Source: Waddliaceae bacterium (GTDB taxonomy: Bacteria; Chlamydiota; Chlamydiia; Chlamydiales; JABHNK01). From it: a stretch of 64,000 nucleotides of DNA. Below, piece after piece: positions 24,310 through 32,948 of the stretch. How positions within the stretch are numbered: the stretch's first letter is position 1; every line of letters starts with the position of its first letter. Both the position numbers and the translations under genes were made by a program. The stretch covers positions 688 to 64,687 of the forward strand of contig JABHNK010000010.1 of NCBI GenBank assembly GCA_018694295.1, given 5' to 3'. Below the pieces are notes generated by a model. It ran no database searches. It saw only the letters and a program-made list of their open reading frames with translations, and had not been told where the DNA came from.

Positions 24310-25448
24310 AACATAAACCTTCTGCTATATATACTTTGTAATATTCCCAATGCTATCATCGTCGATAATATCGAAGAACCACCATATGTTACAAGAAGCA
24401 ATGGCACCCCCGTTATCGGAAGGAAGCCCGTCATCATACCGATGTTTATTATTATATGTATCGCGAGATATACCGAAACACCTACGGCGAGGAGTCTTCC
24501 GAAAGGATCTTTCGCCACTGCCGAGACTCTGAAGCTAAAATATATCAGAGAATAGAACAATACCAACAATAAGAGTAGCCCTAAGAACCCAAACTCTTCT
24601 CCGAAGGCCGAGAACACAGAATCGGTATGTGCTGCTGGCAGCCATCCCCCTCCGGTGAACTCGCTTTTTTTCCATCCCTCTCCTGTCATTCCCCCTACTG
24701 CTATAGCCGTTACGGAAGCCCACTGGTGGTGGGTCTCGGGGTTGAGCCTCTCATATTGGTATTCTTTTATAACCTTAGTAGCATACGGCCTGAACTCTTC
24801 GTGGGATATTATCTCCAGGAAAAACATCGATACTATCGCCACCCCTGTTATCATCACCGCCGCCATACATCTCGTAACAAAAGGGTGTATGTCTCCGAAA
24901 TAAAACATAACAAGGACTATCGGCAACAAAACCAGCGCAGTGCCAAGGTCTGGCTGTTTGAGGATAAGAAGAAAAGGTATCCCCACGATAACTCCTGCCA
25001 ACAAGGCGGTGTTCCACTCTCGAGCTCGTGAGCTTCTTCTTTCAAGAAACCAGCTAAGGGCTATAACAACTGAAAGTTTGCTGTACTCCGAAGGCTGAAA
25101 AGCTACGTTTATAATAGGGATACGATACCATCGATGTACGCTCTGTATCGAGCCCGTAAAGAAAACTCCTATGAGGACGATTATCATGATAAAATAAAGA
25201 ATCCATGTCCACTCGCGCAGCTTGTTATAGTCGAATCCTGCGAAAAAGATAAACCCTAAAATCCCTACACCGAAGCCACGAAGCTGACTCTTAACAAGAG
25301 GAGAGAAAAAACCGTCGTGTTCCACAGACATATGCGCATCCATCGAAGACATCACCGCGAGGCTTATCATGATAAACATCGCTATTATAGGAAGTATACG
25401 GAAGTCGATACGCCCAAGATAACGATAGCTCCAGATTTCTTTTAGCAT
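24306..25448 (-). CDS. SEDS family peptidoglycan glycosyltransferase (RodA/FtsW)
   Basis: 380 aa, polytopic, with typical SEDS segments: QPDLGTALV, TDSVFSAFGEEFGFLG and GVPLLLVTYGGSS. Confidence 0.93.
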   Translation of the reverse strand: MLKEIWSYRYLGRIDFRILPIIAMFIMISLAVMSSMDAHMSVEHDGFFSPLVKSQLRGFGVGILGFIFFAGFDYNKLREWTWILYFIMIIVLIGVFFTGSIQSVHRWYRIPIINVAFQPSEYSKLSVVIALSWFLERRSSRAREWNTALLAGVIVGIPFLLILKQPDLGTALVLLPIVLVMFYFGDIHPFVTRCMAAVMITGVAIVSMFFLEIISHEEFRPYATKVIKEYQYERLNPETHHQWASVTAIAVGGMTGEGWKKSEFTGGGWLPAAHTDSVFSAFGEEFGFLGLLLLLVLFYSLIYFSFRVSAVAKDPFGRLLAVGVSVYLAIHIIINIGMMTGFLPITGVPLLLVTYGGSSILSTMIALGILQSIYSRRFMF

Positions 25449-25524
25449 GATGAATGCCCCAGATTTTTACCACAAAGACACAAAAAGTAGCGTAGAGCGT
25501 AAAGCAGATAGAAGAAGAACAGGA

Positions 25525-25688
25525 ATTTTACCACAGAGACACAGAGAACACAGAGAGAAAGGGGGCTGGCTAGGGGTTTCACCCCTAGAACCCCGAGGAT
25601 TTTTTTTTGTCTTTGGGGGTCTGGGGGGGAATCCCCCAGCCAGATTGTTTTCTTTCTCTGTGTACTCTGTGCCTCTGTGGTGAAAAAT
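25525..25688. repeat. Nested palindromic intergenic element with CACAGAG(A/G) sub-repeats
   Basis: The left arm (attttaccacagagacacagagaacacagagagaaag) pairs with the right arm (ctttctctgtgtactctgtgcctctgtggtgaaaaat). Two inner hairpins are ctagggg-tttca-cccctag and ctggggg-ggaat-cccccag. Confidence 0.85.
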
Positions 25689-25693
25689 CCTAC

Positions 25694-25721
25694 TCCGAAT
25701 TCCGAACTCCGAACTCCGAAC
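25694..25721. repeat. Tandem heptamer repeat, TCCGAA(C/T) x4
   Basis: Read directly: tccgaat tccgaac tccgaac tccgaac. Confidence 0.85.
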
Positions 25722-25924
25722 TTTTTAGGAAGCGTCATTCTCTCAAGTACCATCATCTGTTACCCACTTTTTAGCCATGCCTATTTTTGCAACTGATATT
25801 ACGGGACACCTCATAACAAGGGTTGTCGCGTAAGGTCAATGCTTTTATTTACTCACGATTTTACAAACGCTTCCATATTATGTATAGATATTTTAACCTT
25901 AGGATTTCATCCTCGGAGGAAACT

Positions 25925-26671
25925 ATGATACGAAAGAAATATAATGACGTCGAATGGCTAGAATTTGAGCTTTTTCAGCAGTTTCCAAACATCGTCCATG
26001 GCGTCTTCACCCGCCGAGGCGGTACAAGCTCCGGCGCCTATGAAAGCCTCAATATCGGCTATGACCTCGGTGACGACAACAATAATGTCGATGCGAACAT
26101 CGCTCTTGTCAAAGAGGCCCTCAGCGTTCCAGCTTTCGTCTATGCGGAACAAGTCCATGGCATCGACATTGCTGTCGTCGAAGACGCAAAGAATATTCCT
26201 GTAGCCGATGCTATTATGACGAAAACCCACGGCCTTGCCCTTATGATAAAACACGCCGACTGTCAAGCCGCGCTTTTTTATGACCCTATAAACAATGCTA
26301 TCGCCGCGGTACACTCAGGATGGAAAGGCAGCGTGCAGAACATCTACAAAAGCGTCATCACCAGCATGAAAAAATGCTATGGCAGCAATCCTGCCGATAT
26401 CTTCGTAGGCATATCTCCTAGTTTAGGACCAAATAATGCAGAGTTCGACAACTATAAAGAAGAGCTTCCAGAAAAATTCTGGGAGTATTCTTCTGGCAAG
26501 AACCTTTTCGACTTCTGGGAGATCTCAAAACAACAGCTTCTTGACGAAGGCGTCCTCGCCGACCATATCGAAATAGCAAAGATATGTACATATGATGGCA
26601 TCGAAGACTTTTTCTCCTTCCGTCGCGACAACATAACAGGAAGAAATGGCACCGTTATGGCAATCAACTAA
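25925..26671 (+). CDS. pgeF: PgeF/YfiH laccase-domain protein (peptidoglycan editing factor / purine nucleoside phosphorylase family)
   Basis: VHGVFTRRGG, VHG and IKHADCQA motifs. The start was trimmed to the Met at 25925, which is preceded by GGAGG. Confidence 0.88.
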   Translation: MIRKKYNDVEWLEFELFQQFPNIVHGVFTRRGGTSSGAYESLNIGYDLGDDNNNVDANIALVKEALSVPAFVYAEQVHGIDIAVVEDAKNIPVADAIMTKTHGLALMIKHADCQAALFYDPINNAIAAVHSGWKGSVQNIYKSVITSMKKCYGSNPADIFVGISPSLGPNNAEFDNYKEELPEKFWEYSSGKNLFDFWEISKQQLLDEGVLADHIEIAKICTYDGIEDFFSFRRDNITGRNGTVMAIN

Positions 26672-28824
26672 ATTCTAGCTAGCTTCCCATATTTCGCTGC
26701 GATCTTTCTGGTGCGCTTTTCTTCGTCGAAAAATACTTCATACATACGCCCTATCGAACAATAATACGAGGCGGTAATGATTCCACTTCCAAAAGTTTTA
26801 TGCTCTACGGCATCGCCTATAGAGAAAGATTTGCTGACGCGTTCGTGTTCACGATAATCATCATCTTCTTCGTATGTAGCATCGTCAAAACTTTTTTTAT
26901 TCATCGTTGCCGCATTTACTAAGGTCGTTGGAGGAAGCTCTTGAAGGAAGCGGCTCTGCCTCATATTTCTAAAAGAGCCCCAAAGGTTGCGGTTCTGCGC
27001 CGCCGTAAGGTACAGAAATCTGCGAGCACGCGTTATTCCTACATAACAAAGGCGCCTTTCTTCTTCGACGGCAGAAATATCACCCAATGCATTGGCATGA
27101 GGAAAAAGCCCCTCTTCAAGGCCTACAACAAAAACAACAGGAAACTCTAGACCTTTGCCATTATGTATCGTCATAAGATTTAGTCTGTCAGTGTCGGCAT
27201 TGGTTTCGTCGATACTTGCCTTAAGAGATAGTTCCTCGAGGAACAATCCTAGTGTTCCATCTTCAGAATACTCTTCCCACTCTTGAGCTTTGGTGATAAG
27301 CTCTTCGAGGTTCTGCTTTCTGTCGTCGAAAGTCTCTCTGTCTGCTTTTATTACAGAGATATATCCTGTATTTTTTATCGCCGCAGCGACGAGGTCCGAT
27401 AGCGGCTGTGTATTTTTTATTTTTCTAAGGCCTTCGATTATAGCGATATAATCGGCAAGGCCAGTCTTCTGCTTAGCGGTGATCCTTGTCTTTGGTACGG
27501 AAGCATCGCCACTAACAACGGCTTTACAATATTCGTAGACAGGCTTCTTTGCCTCGTCGGCAGCGAGGTGTATTTTTGCAATGGTGACATCGCCGAATCC
27601 CCTCTTTGGAAGGTTTATTGTGCGCGCCAACGAGACGAAATCGGCACTAGAATATACGATGCGCAGAAATGCCAGGATGTCTTTTATCTCGCGACGCTGA
27701 TAGAACGAAATTCCACCAACTATAACATATGGTATCTTTTCTCTTAGAAGTGCGTCTTCAAAAATCCGCGACTGGAAGTTCGTTCTGTAGAAGATCGTCA
27801 TATCTTTAAAAGAAACACCCTCACTTCGGTGCTGTAAAGCGTGCTTTACAACGAACTTCACCTCTTCGCGGTCGTTATAAGCATTGTAAAAGCGTATTTT
27901 TTCGCCATCACCGAGTCCGCTCCACAGTTTTTTTTCACGTCTAGTGTCGTTGTTTTTTATGAGAGCATTTGCAGCTTCGAGGATAGTATTTGTGCTACGG
28001 TAGTTCTGTTCGAGGCTTATAATTGCCGCTCCTGGGTAGTCTTTTTCGAAATTCATTATATTGTCGATGGTAGCTCCGCGCCACGAATATATCGACTGAT
28101 CGGGGTCACCTACAACGAAGAGGTTATTAGTCTTCGATACCAACATTTTTATCATGTGGTATTGTGCGACGTTAGTATCTTGGTATTCATCAACGAGAAA
28201 ATACTGCCACCTTCGCTGAAAATCTTCTAGCGCTTCTGGATGCTCCCTAAAAAGCCTTACAACGAGGTATAGAAGGTCATCGAAATCAAGGGCATTGTAT
28301 TCTTTAAGCTTTTTCTGATACGACTCATATACTGCGGGAAAAAGACGCTCACAAGGCGTCGAAAGGTCTGTTGTATCGATATCTTCGGGGGCAATAAGGG
28401 CGTTTTTTGCCTGTGAGATAAGGCCTTTAAAGACTTTTGGCTTGGCATAGCTTTCCCTGACGGCAAGGCCATAGAGGCTCTCTTTTATAACTTTTCGTGC
28501 ATCTTCTTCGTCGTATATTGTGAAGTCTTCTTTATAGCCTAGGTGTCCTATCGCCTCGCGCAAGATTTTCACTCCGAGGCTGTGAAAGGTGCTGATAGGA
28601 ACATACCGTGCCGTTGCTGTAGCGACACGTTCGCGCATCTCCCCTGCTGCTTTGTTTGTGAAGGTAACGCCGAGGATATTCGATGCGTCGACGCCTTTTT
28701 CTATAAGTCTGACTATGCGCTGTGTTACAACACGCGTCTTCCCCGATCCCGCACCTGCGATTACTAGCGCCGGCCCATCTGTATGTTCTACTGCTTGTTT
28801 CTGTACGTCATTAAGCTCTATCAC
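26668..28824 (-). CDS. uvrD: UvrD/PcrA/Rep family ATP-dependent DNA helicase
   Basis: AGAGSGKT (Walker A), DEYQDTN, and 718 aa. Confidence 0.95.
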   Translation of the reverse strand: MIELNDVQKQAVEHTDGPALVIAGAGSGKTRVVTQRIVRLIEKGVDASNILGVTFTNKAAGEMRERVATATARYVPISTFHSLGVKILREAIGHLGYKEDFTIYDEEDARKVIKESLYGLAVRESYAKPKVFKGLISQAKNALIAPEDIDTTDLSTPCERLFPAVYESYQKKLKEYNALDFDDLLYLVVRLFREHPEALEDFQRRWQYFLVDEYQDTNVAQYHMIKMLVSKTNNLFVVGDPDQSIYSWRGATIDNIMNFEKDYPGAAIISLEQNYRSTNTILEAANALIKNNDTRREKKLWSGLGDGEKIRFYNAYNDREEVKFVVKHALQHRSEGVSFKDMTIFYRTNFQSRIFEDALLREKIPYVIVGGISFYQRREIKDILAFLRIVYSSADFVSLARTINLPKRGFGDVTIAKIHLAADEAKKPVYEYCKAVVSGDASVPKTRITAKQKTGLADYIAIIEGLRKIKNTQPLSDLVAAAIKNTGYISVIKADRETFDDRKQNLEELITKAQEWEEYSEDGTLGLFLEELSLKASIDETNADTDRLNLMTIHNGKGLEFPVVFVVGLEEGLFPHANALGDISAVEEERRLCYVGITRARRFLYLTAAQNRNLWGSFRNMRQSRFLQELPPTTLVNAATMNKKSFDDATYEEDDDYREHERVSKSFSIGDAVEHKTFGSGIITASYYCSIGRMYEVFFDEEKRTRKIAAKYGKLARI

Positions 28825-28873
28825 TAACTTTCACCTTTATAATTTTTGCACTTTGTGGCATCTATATATTATA

Positions 28874-29034
28874 ACTAACATTGCGCGCCACTCTCACTTT
28901 ATTGGCGTACTGCAAGGAGCAATCTGCTACGTATTCCTTCTCACCCAGCTCTTTATGAGCTTGGCTCGTCGGAAATACTTGCATCTTACCCCTTTCGCTA
29001 CGCCACTAAAGCAAGATTAACGCGTAACGTCAGT
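28874..29034 (-). mobile_element. MITE-like repeat, family B, copy B3 (inverted)
   Basis: Its reverse complement aligns with B1 and B2 across the whole core. It lies in the divergent uvrD / namZ-like promoter region. Confidence 0.8.
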
Positions 29035-29061
29035 TGTAAAAACAACAAACGGTAAGAAACC

Positions 29062-30303
29062 ATGCGCGCTTTATTTTTTTCGCTTCTTTTTAGTATGACA
29101 CTATCCATCGCGGCATATGCTGCGGACTTTTCTCCTGCCGTAACTCTCGGCATCGACGTCCTTGTCGAAGAAAGCCCCGAGATTCTCCGTGGAAAGAAGA
29201 TAGGTATTATCATCAACCACACAAGCATCAACAGTTCCATGGTGCCGACCTTCGAGCTTTTAAACCGTTATTCCGAAGATCTCGACTTCAACATCGCCGC
29301 CTTGTTCTCTCCAGAACATGGCATAACAGGCGCCGTTTATGCCGAAGTCGTCAACGACGACACAACGCTATCGAACATTCCAGTTTACAGCCTCTACGGC
29401 AAAACCCGCCGTCCAACGAAGGAGATGCTCCAAGACCTCGACGTCCTTATCTATGACATCCAAGACATCGGATCACGATCATATACATATATCTCTACAC
29501 TCTTCTATTGTATGGAAGAAGCTGCGAAATACGGCGTTAAAATCATCGTCGCTGACAGGCCAAACCCTATCAATGGCATCACCATCGACGGGCCTATGCT
29601 CGACGATCAATGGCGTTCTTTTGTAGGATATGTCGATGTGCCTTATTGTCACGGAATGACTATAGGAGAACTAGCCCTTTTCTTCAACAAAGAATACGAT
29701 GTTGGTTGTGACCTTACTGTCATTTCCATGAAAGACTGGGAGCGCTCTATGTCTTTTAAAGACACCGGGTTAACGTGGATACCTACGAGCCCGCACATCC
29801 CCGAAAGCGACACCCCTTTCTTATACCCGACAACGGGAATCCTTGGAGAGCTTGGTATTGTAAATATCGGCGTGGGTTATACCCTTCCTTTCAAGCTTAT
29901 CGGTGCTCCGTGGATCGATGCGAAACAATTTTCCCAGACTCTTAATGAGCAGAAATTTCCAGGCGTACATTTTCAGCCTTTCTATTACACACCTTTCTAT
30001 GCGAAATACAAAGATGCCGAATGTGAAGGGGTGTATATTGTTATCACCGACCCTCTTACATACAAACCGGTGTCAACGCAATACCTTCTCATCGGCATGC
30101 TCAAAAATCTATACCCACAACAGTTTAAGAATGCAATAAAAGCCGCCACCGAACGTAAAGAAATGTTCTGTAAAGTCAACGGCACCGAAGAGATCTATAC
30201 CATTATGACAACAGAAAAATATATCGCTTGGGAGCTACAAGAAGTCCATAAAGAACGCCGCGAAGCCTTCAAAGAACACAGAAAACAGTATCTTCTCTAT
30301 TAA
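29062..30303 (+). CDS. namZ: DUF1343 family protein (NamZ-like exo-beta-N-acetylmuramidase), secreted
   Basis: A signal peptide, then GIIINHTSIN and LFSPEHGI, which are typical of DUF1343. Confidence 0.8.
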   Translation: MRALFFSLLFSMTLSIAAYAADFSPAVTLGIDVLVEESPEILRGKKIGIIINHTSINSSMVPTFELLNRYSEDLDFNIAALFSPEHGITGAVYAEVVNDDTTLSNIPVYSLYGKTRRPTKEMLQDLDVLIYDIQDIGSRSYTYISTLFYCMEEAAKYGVKIIVADRPNPINGITIDGPMLDDQWRSFVGYVDVPYCHGMTIGELALFFNKEYDVGCDLTVISMKDWERSMSFKDTGLTWIPTSPHIPESDTPFLYPTTGILGELGIVNIGVGYTLPFKLIGAPWIDAKQFSQTLNEQKFPGVHFQPFYYTPFYAKYKDAECEGVYIVITDPLTYKPVSTQYLLIGMLKNLYPQQFKNAIKAATERKEMFCKVNGTEEIYTIMTTEKYIAWELQEVHKERREAFKEHRKQYLLY

Positions 30304-31421
30304 TATCGTTCTTTCAGTGCTTGTATTCTCTTAAGAGAGGCATCTATCTCGTTTTCGCTGATACGCCCTTCTTCGACAGCGGCAATAATCTTGGACTGTA
30401 TCGCTATGACATCATCGACGGTTAGCTCATTAGCCCTGTCTTCTCCTTGTATCGACACTCTACCACCGAGACACAGCATGTCACACCCTGCCGCTATTGC
30501 CTGTATCGACACCTCGGCGATATCACCATCACACTCGTCTATGACGCTTTGCATTACAAGGGAATCGCTAACGACAACACCTTCAAAGCCCATCTCTTCG
30601 CGCAACAATCCACGAAGAATCTTCCTCGAAAGCGTCGCACAATTATCTTTGTCGAGTGCTGGCATGAGGATATGCGCCGACATTATAGCATCTGTATCGT
30701 TAATAAGGCTTTTAAAAGGGAAAAGTTCCATAGCATCGAGTTCTTCTTTTGGCTTTACAACGATGGGGATAGCTCTGTGGGAGTCGACGCTGACGTCACC
30801 ATGGCCGGGGAAATGTTTCAGCGTCACTGCCATTCCCGCTTTGTGGTGTCCGGCGATGGACCTTTCTCCAAAAGCAGTTACGATATCGGGATCGTCACCA
30901 AAAGCCCTGTCGTTAATGACAGGGTTGAGAGGGTTATTATTAACGTCGACGACGGGAGCGAAATTCATTGTAAAGCCGACAGAATGCATCTCTTTCGCTA
31001 AAGAATATGCCACCTCTTCGCCATATTCGAGGTCGCCGGTGTCCCCTACTTCTTTATTGCTCGGAAATCTCCTAAATTCTCCGCGTAGCCGTGCGACACG
31101 TCCACCTTCCTGATCGGCACATATCACCAGCGGCGGAAGCCCTTGCTCTTTGGCGTAACGCCGCAAGTCTTCACTAAGAAGCCTTACCTTTTCTTTGTTC
31201 TCAAGGACGTTGGCCCAAGTGAAATATATTATACCGCCGAGGTGGACTTCATCGATAAGTCGTCGTGCGTCATCGTTGATTTCTTCGCCATTGAAGTGCA
31301 TGATCAGCATTTGTCCTACTTTTTCATTAAGAGGTAGTGCTGTTGAATCATAAGAACAAAAAAGGTTGTTGCTTGCCAAAACAAACATTATAGCGCTCAA
31401 TAAAAATATAAAACTTTTCAT
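30300..31421 (-). CDS. nagZ: Glycoside hydrolase family 3 beta-N-acetylhexosaminidase (NagZ-like), secreted
   Basis: KHFPGHGD motif. The start was set at the Met at 31421 (MKSFIFLLSAIMFVLA signal peptide), which is preceded by AAGGAG. Confidence 0.88.
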   Translation of the reverse strand: MKSFIFLLSAIMFVLASNNLFCSYDSTALPLNEKVGQMLIMHFNGEEINDDARRLIDEVHLGGIIYFTWANVLENKEKVRLLSEDLRRYAKEQGLPPLVICADQEGGRVARLRGEFRRFPSNKEVGDTGDLEYGEEVAYSLAKEMHSVGFTMNFAPVVDVNNNPLNPVINDRAFGDDPDIVTAFGERSIAGHHKAGMAVTLKHFPGHGDVSVDSHRAIPIVVKPKEELDAMELFPFKSLINDTDAIMSAHILMPALDKDNCATLSRKILRGLLREEMGFEGVVVSDSLVMQSVIDECDGDIAEVSIQAIAAGCDMLCLGGRVSIQGEDRANELTVDDVIAIQSKIIAAVEEGRISENEIDASLKRIQALKERY

Positions 31422-31571
31422 GTCATTTACTCCTTGTGTCGATGATTTCAAAAACCATACTGCTTTCTCATTTTTTTTCAAAGAGTTGCTTGTAAAAAAT
31501 TACCTTGACATCTCCTCTACCTTCTAAGGTATTGTAGCATATAATACAGAAAACCATACCTGGGGAATACC

Positions 31572-32945
31572 GTGAATATTGTCATCGTAGGCGCTGGAGA
31601 TGTTGGCAGCCATGTCGCCACCTTTCTTTCGCGCAAAGAAAACAACATCACTGTCGTCGATATCAACGCTCATTGTCTTGAAGACATCGTCCAGAATGTC
31701 GATGTCGCTGTACGCGTTGGTTCTGGCACCGACTGGCAGATATTGGAAGACCTTAAGGAGATGTCTCCCGACATACTTTTTGCTCTTACTGACAGCGACG
31801 AGACCAACCTTATAACATGTTCTATAGCGAAGAACCTGGGATATCCAAAGACGGTGGCGCGCATAAGGAAGAGCAGCTACCTCAACAAGGCGCGCCTTGA
31901 CTTCGGAAGGCTTTTCTGTGTAGACCATTTCATCTGCCCAGAGCTTCTCGTCGCCCATGATATCTTCAACTATGCTTTAGAGTCCGGAACCGTCGCCGTC
32001 GAGAACTTCGCACACGGCGCTGTGCAGATGCGCACAGTAAAAGTTCCTATGACATGGCGTAAGGGTGATACTTCGCTATGCGAGCTTGACCTTCCTAAGA
32101 AACTCGTCATCAGTCTTATCATGAGGACAACGACTTCTGTAACGAAAGGTAAGGAACGCGTTCATAAAGAACTTATCTTCCCTCATGGCAACGATCACAT
32201 CCTTCCTGGCGACGAAGTTACCATCATCGGCGAAGTCGACGCTGTCGCTGCCGTCCATACATATTTCGGCATAATAAATAAAATCGCGACGTCAGCAATC
32301 ATTGTCGGCGGTTCTCTTGTCTCTTTTCACCTTGCTAAGGTTCTCACCAAGAACGGTATCGCGGTAAAGATCATCGAGAAAGACTTCGAACGTTGTCGTT
32401 CTCTCGCCGAACAGCTTCCGCGTTGTACAATACTCCACCATGATGCCACAGACTACAGCTTCTTCCGTGCCGAGCATGTCGAAGATGCCGACCTTTTCGT
32501 TGCTTGTACCAATAAAGACGAAGTAAACATCCTCGCCGGTGGTCTCGCCAAAGAAGTTGGGTGTAAAAATGTCATAGTCCCGATTTCCAATGCCGAGCAT
32601 ATGCCCGTCGTCGAGCGTATGGGCCTCATCCATACTGTATCGCCGAGGATAAGCGCTGCCAACAAGATCTTCACGATAATACAGACGGAGTCTGTAGCGT
32701 CGATGGTATCTCTTTACGACGACGCTGCTGAAGTCCTAGAGATAAAAGTTACTATGGACTCACAGATCGTCGGCATCCCAATATCGGAGCTTGCTAGCAG
32801 CCTCCCAAAAGATTTCCTCTTCGCCGTCATACAAAATCGCGGGCGCATAATAATCGCAAGTGGCGACAAAATACTATCTCCTGGTGATACTGTCATCGTA
32901 ATAAGCTCCCCAAACCATGTCGAAGGACTACAACAGATTTTCTAG
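31572..32945 (+). CDS. trkA: Trk system potassium uptake protein TrkA
   Basis: Two RCK/NAD-binding repeats (IVIVGAGDVG and AIIVGGSLVS), with a GTG start. Confidence 0.92.
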   Translation: MNIVIVGAGDVGSHVATFLSRKENNITVVDINAHCLEDIVQNVDVAVRVGSGTDWQILEDLKEMSPDILFALTDSDETNLITCSIAKNLGYPKTVARIRKSSYLNKARLDFGRLFCVDHFICPELLVAHDIFNYALESGTVAVENFAHGAVQMRTVKVPMTWRKGDTSLCELDLPKKLVISLIMRTTTSVTKGKERVHKELIFPHGNDHILPGDEVTIIGEVDAVAAVHTYFGIINKIATSAIIVGGSLVSFHLAKVLTKNGIAVKIIEKDFERCRSLAEQLPRCTILHHDATDYSFFRAEHVEDADLFVACTNKDEVNILAGGLAKEVGCKNVIVPISNAEHMPVVERMGLIHTVSPRISAANKIFTIIQTESVASMVSLYDDAAEVLEIKVTMDSQIVGIPISELASSLPKDFLFAVIQNRGRIIIASGDKILSPGDTVIVISSPNHVEGLQQIF

Positions 32946-32948
32946 GTC

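Noticed and set aside
25442-25756. Track ORFs 25442-25756 (minus) and 25447-25683 (plus) across the palindromic element
   Set aside because: Both strands give ORFs only because of the palindrome. The peptides are low-complexity translations of the CACAGAG repeats and G/C hairpins.
31505-31545. Perfect TTGACA and perfect TATAAT upstream of trkA as one promoter
   Set aside because: The two hexamers are 29 nt apart, far from the 16-18 nt optimum, so they cannot form a single sigma70-type promoter. No matching partner hexamers were evident for either.
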